Shown one piece after another: positions 58,824 to 64,000 of a DNA stretch of 64,000 nucleotides (within the stretch, counting starts at the first letter, position 1; every line of letters begins with the position of its first letter). Under the pieces are notes generated by a model. That model was not told the origin of the DNA. It ran no database searches and saw only the letters and a list, made by a program, of their open reading frames with translations. Origin of the DNA: Chrysomallon squamiferum (lineage: Eukaryota; Animalia; Mollusca); the NCBI GenBank assembly GCA_012295275.1, contig CM022675.1:10540001-10604000 (forward strand), read 5' to 3'. A program made the position numbers and the translations under genes.

Positions 58824-59779
58824 TATGATCGTTGTTATTTATTTATTTATTTTATACATTTTTTAATATATCCTCTGTTACATTACTTTCAGTCAAATTT
58901 ATGATGTTGTTTATTTATTATTTGTTCGCTTGATTCACAAAATGACTTTCGCATCACTATGTAATGAAAAAAAATAAAATATATATATAGATATAATCTT
59001 TTATTTACTACTGCAGATTACAGACATTAAGAAATAACCAGATATTTAGAGATCTAGATAAGAGAGGAAACATGTAGACAGAGATGGTGACAGACATTCA
59101 GATGTACTGACTAACAGACAGATAGATGTATAAGTGGATGAACAGATGGGAGTATCATTTGGTAACACAATTGTATTAAAAACTCTAACGTTTTAAACTT
59201 TAACAAAGATGTACATAACGAAATAAATTTCTCAGTAACACAAATGACATCCCAAATAACAGCACAGACGAGAATTAAAAGATGACAGACGATAATTATA
59301 TTTAAAAGTTCAGGCGAAACCAAAAATAGAAATGAAAATGATGATGATGATGATAATTATATTTAAAACGATCATATATATATATATATAAACATATATA
59401 TTTTAAGTAAGTATGTAAATAAATATATAAATAGACAACAACTGTTAAAACTAAGAAAAACAGAAACAAGAACAAGTATTTAAAAAACCCAGTAACAAAT
59501 ATCTCAACAAACAAACAAACAAACAAATAAACATAAGCAAACTTACTTTTAATAAACAGACACATTTGTCTCGAAGAGGTAATCTACGGAAAGAGAATAA
59601 ATACGTCAGGTTATTGAAAGGGACAAGGCCCATTATATCACTTTGTTACTCGCTGACAATTATTTGCTGCATTTGGCTCGCCTCCATTATCCCAGTGGTT
59701 GAGGAATGCTGGTATTTCTGGCAGGATTCAAGTCTTGGGTGACAGTTCTACAACACAAAACGAAAGGAAACAATTAACG

Positions 59780-60083
<304 letters not shown>

Positions 60084-60394
60084 TCTGAATGACTGGATGT
60101 GTGTAATTTCACTTGTAGCGTTCTTATTTTCTTTGGATTATGTCTACTATTTTTTTTTTTTTTTTTTTTTTGCCTGTATTTGTTTTCTAATAGCTGCAAG
60201 CTTTATTTACACACAGAATCTATTTTCTAACAAATCTCCAAAGTTGCCAGTGATTCGCTCACTTCTGACAAGAGTGCATCCGAGGAAATAAGTAAATTGG
60301 CAAAATGGCATAAGTGTCAGCATTCTCTTCTTCTTCTGTTTTTTATCTTTATCTTTCTGTGTGAGGCGTGACGCCACAAGTTTGCGAATTTAAT

Positions 60395-60723
60395 ATATGT
60401 GTGTCTGTGTGTGTGTCTGTGTATGTTTTTTTGCGTGTGTCTGTGTTAGTGTCTGTGTATTTTTTTGTGTGTGTGTGTGTGTGTGTGTGAATGTGTGTGT
60501 GTATATATGAATGTATGTGTGTGCGCGCGCGTGCGCTTGTATATGTATATATACATGAATGTATGCGCGTGTGTGTATATATATGAATACATGTGTGTAT
60601 ATAAGTGTGTGTGTGCGCGTGTGTGCGTGTGCATGTGTATGTGTATATATATACACATGCATATATATGTATGTATGTATGTATATACAGATATATACAT
60701 GTGTCTATATGTGTATATATCTA

Positions 60724-60769
<46 letters not shown>

Positions 60770-60800
60770 TATATATGTGTGTGTGTGTGTGTTTGTATGT
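60395..60800. repeat. Compound (GT)n/(TA)n/(TATG)n microsatellite
   Basis: Direct reading. Confidence 0.9.
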
Positions 60801-62304
60801 TTACACAAAATGACAGCTTCATGAAGCATTTTAGCATAAAAGCAAATAATATGTTTTTGTAATGTCACATTTTAGAAAAGACATTTCCTTAACTGAATAA
60901 TCGTTCCAAAAAGACACGAATTTACATACACTGGGGCTGTTAAGCTTTGAATGGATCTGCACACTAAGATCGTCCAACACACACTGCCACCAATAAATCT
61001 ACGAGTTAAGCTTTGGAAACTTACCTGTATTCAGTGGAGATCCAGGTATACCTGTTTAGACACTTAACCGTTTGTCGGATTAATCCAAAGCGCGCATCGT
61101 ATAAGTATCGATCTCGTAATCTATTGTTTTTTCTGTAAACGATTTAGTACACTACATGCCTTTTATCTTCAAAATGATAAAATAAATAAAAAAACAACAA
61201 AAAAGAAAAAATTAAAATGAGAAAATAATGTTTTCCACGTATCAGTTGTTAATATTCAGTGTGTAAATTCTTCTTTAATAAAGAATGTAAGCTCTGTGAA
61301 ATCTTCGTTCAAAATAACATTGCAGGATTAACAAACTAACAGGTGGATGAATTATTGAATAAATGAACGAATGAATTAGTGTGTGAATTATTGAATAAAC
61401 GAGCGTGTGAATTACTGAATTAACGAAAGGCTACATTACCGAATGAACCAAAAGATGGAAGAAAGAATGAACGAATGAAAGAAGGAGCGAACAAATGAAC
61501 GAATACGGACGTCAGGTGAATGAAGGAAATTTTCCGGGGGTCTTACAACAGCTAAAACAGAAACACCTTCTGCCGTCCGTCTTCTGCTCTTTTCTTTCAC
61601 AAAACCTTTTGAAAAAAGACCATACCTTTCGTCGCTTTCCTATTAATAGCAGAAATATCGCTTCATAGCAGACTCAGAACAGATCGACTTATTAAGCCGC
61701 TGTCAATGGCAGATCCAAATCCTCTTTGCTTGCAGGCGGAGTAGACTAAAAGCAACATTTGTTAAGGACTCAAATAGCCGGGGTGGAAGGCGGAGAAAGC
61801 AAACGCCGAGCAGAAATCCAACAACAATGATGCAAAGAGCTGTACAAAACTGTTGACGATTGAAAAGAGGTTTTTTTTTTTTTTCGGTCGCATTCAATGG
61901 AAACGTTTTATGAAGAAAAAAAAAAAGACGGGGTAAAGAAAAACGCGCTGAAGACTTCAACCCAGACCTGTCAGTTGTGTTTTTCTCAAAAGGACTCGCC
62001 GAGGACTGAAAGCGACTTTATGCACTGGAGTTCTCGCCAGCCATACAGATCTTGTCGAAGTGACGAGTGGAGAGGTATTGCCAATATTTGTGTGCTTTTG
62101 TTCAGTTTTTTTTTTCTGAATAACAGGTATATGGGTTCCTGGACCATCTTGTGTGGTGCATTTTAAATTTTTTTCTTTTTCTTTTTTTGACTTCTTTCTT
62201 TTTGTCTGGCAAATTAGGTTAAATCGTCACTCCATAGAGTTAACGTCGATTAGTTTGGTTTGTTGGATAATTTGTTGAATATATTTTTTTTAATTTTTTT
62301 TGTT

Positions 62305-62690
62305 CACACGTTAGTTAGAGCGCCTGTCTGAGGTATGATAGACCCTTCGATCAATTCTTTTACGTGCGTTTTATAGGACAATTTCCCGTACTAGATAGTG
62401 CTCCGCGACAGTTTTCTCTAAAGCCCTGAATATATGTTTTACTTTCCATGGGATGGTGCATACAGATTATTCTTTGCTGAAAATGGATTTCTCGTTCTTG
62501 CTAGAACGCCACAATAGTTTATTAAAACCCACAATGGACGTACAATCTATGGGAAGGTTAATATAAAATATACCTTACTGCTAATGAAAAATTTCTGATT
62601 TCATCTTCGTTGTCTCTGTTATTCTTAACCAGATTTTCATAAATATTACATCGTTGACAAAAGATGTAAATAAAAACTTTCTCTTTCTTC
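62305..62690 (+). mobile_element. Decayed MetaSINE-like element with two central domains
   Basis: tRNA-like head (TAGTTAGAGCGCC...TTCGATC), then CATGGGATGGTGCATACAG...TTTGCTGAAA, then CTATGGGAAGGTTAATATAAAATATACCTTACTGCTAATGAAAAA, ending in GTAAATAAAAACTTTCTCTTTC. Confidence 0.6.
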
Positions 62691-63355
62691 ATCTATAACT
62701 AAATATGGCGAATATCGATTTTTTTTTTTTTGTAATACTGGCGTATCGGTTATCGAATGTACAGAGATCAATTTTATCGGAAATAGGTGAAATCATCAAA
62801 AAAAAACCCTGTAATGATAAGTATTTAAAGTATCATTCATTTTTTATATACTTTTCACAGATCATAGGTCAAAGACTTCGACATCGAACTGAAGAACTCT
62901 GTTCAATATGGAATAGGTAAGAAAACATCTTTAGTATACATTTTAACACAGAGAAGACAACACATACCACTGTGTTTTAATAACTTAGTCTTGTGACATC
63001 ACTGAGCATTATATTTGAATTACGCTTCAAATCAGAAAATGCTGAATTCCACGAAAATCTCTGGTATGTGGCGAGCTGCCAGAGAAATGTTTATTAAAAA
63101 TGATTTGTATTTCATTCTCGTTTTACTTGTTATTTGACAACAGTAGTTGCAGCAACGTAAGACTTCGTTTGATTGTAATAACAGTTAGAACGAGAAATAG
63201 TAGTAATCGTAATATAAAATTATCGTTATCTTCTAATCCAGTTACTTATCTCAGTATCTGGGAATTAAATAAATAAAAAATTTAAAAAAAATTAAAATTA
63301 AAAAATTAAAATTAAAAGTAAATTAAATTTAAAATGAATATATATATATATATAT

Positions 63356-63403
<48 letters not shown>

Positions 63404-63510
63404 TTAATTAATTTATTTATTTATAATTACTTCTATTTTACATTTTATCATGCGCACATACATATTTGTAAATAAATAAATAAATAAATAAAATAAATAA
63501 ATAAATAAAT

Positions 63511-63613
63511 AAGAAATGTTTTAGTTAATGATGCTTTCACACATTAGCAGCAAGGAACCTTTTGTTTGTACCTTCTCATAGACATCGAAGTACCTACCAC
63601 AGCCTTTCATAGT

Positions 63614-63644
<31 letters not shown>

Positions 63645-63680
63645 CTGGGTGGGACCAGAAATTCTCAATCTATTGAACGA
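63511..63680 (-). mobile_element. Truncated MetaSINE-like copy with internal poly(A) run
   Basis: AAGAAATGTTTTAGTTAATGATGC...ATTAGCAGCAAGGAACCTTTTGTTTGTACCTTCTCATAGAC...GCCTTTCATAGTCAGC aligns with the 58.1 kb copy. Confidence 0.65.
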
Positions 63681-64000
63681 AACAAACCTACAACCTGTAA
63701 TATAAAATACTAATAAATAAAAAAAATAAATAAATAAAAACACCACACACACGCATACAATACCTGTATCTTTAACACATACGCGGATTACGTTTCAAAA
63801 GCAATTTCATGATACTTCCCCAATTGTTCATTCATGCGTGAACTTGTAAAAAAAAAAAAAAATATATATATAAACATAACTTTACGATTTCACACTTGTT
63901 CGCAATTTGACGATCAAAAACATCAAAGTATTAGTTCCACGCCAGTGGGCACCGTTGTATGGCAAAGGTAATAAAAATATATTATTATTATTATTATTGT

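Noticed and set aside
62806-62813. miR-10 seed match (TACAGGGT on the minus strand), possibly in a Hox3 3' UTR
   Set aside because: A single 8-mer is expected by chance, and no evidence places this region in a transcript.

Overview
This is a eukaryotic, very AT-rich, microsatellite-dense window, most likely from a lophotrochozoan and probably a gastropod mollusc (inferred from the homeodomain type and MetaSINE-like relics). The only protein-coding gene I can support is Hox2/proboscipedia on the minus strand, with two coding exons (42856-42559 and 26369-24583) joined in phase 1 across a 16,189-bp GT-AG intron to give 694 aa. No other Hox gene lies in the ~24.5 kb downstream or ~21 kb upstream. 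All other listed ORFs are microsatellite translations, antisense shadows or short unsupported frames. The non-coding DNA alternates between simple repeats, decayed tRNA-derived SINE copies and short CpG-rich unique islands that look regulatory. The main points of interest are: (1) a Pbx-Hox site plus an adjacent Meis/Prep site inside coding exon 1, resembling the exonic Hox-Pbx element of vertebrate Hoxa2 but in a different reading frame; (2) a divergent FAWL hexapeptide; (3) CTCF-like motifs converging around the gene; (4) clustered TGANTGACAG decamers on the presumed Hox1 side; (5) a 35-bp bZIP-site minisatellite 3' of the stop codon; (6) a miR-10-like 23-mer within an intronic SINE relic. 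All comparisons to known sequences are from memory, not database searches.
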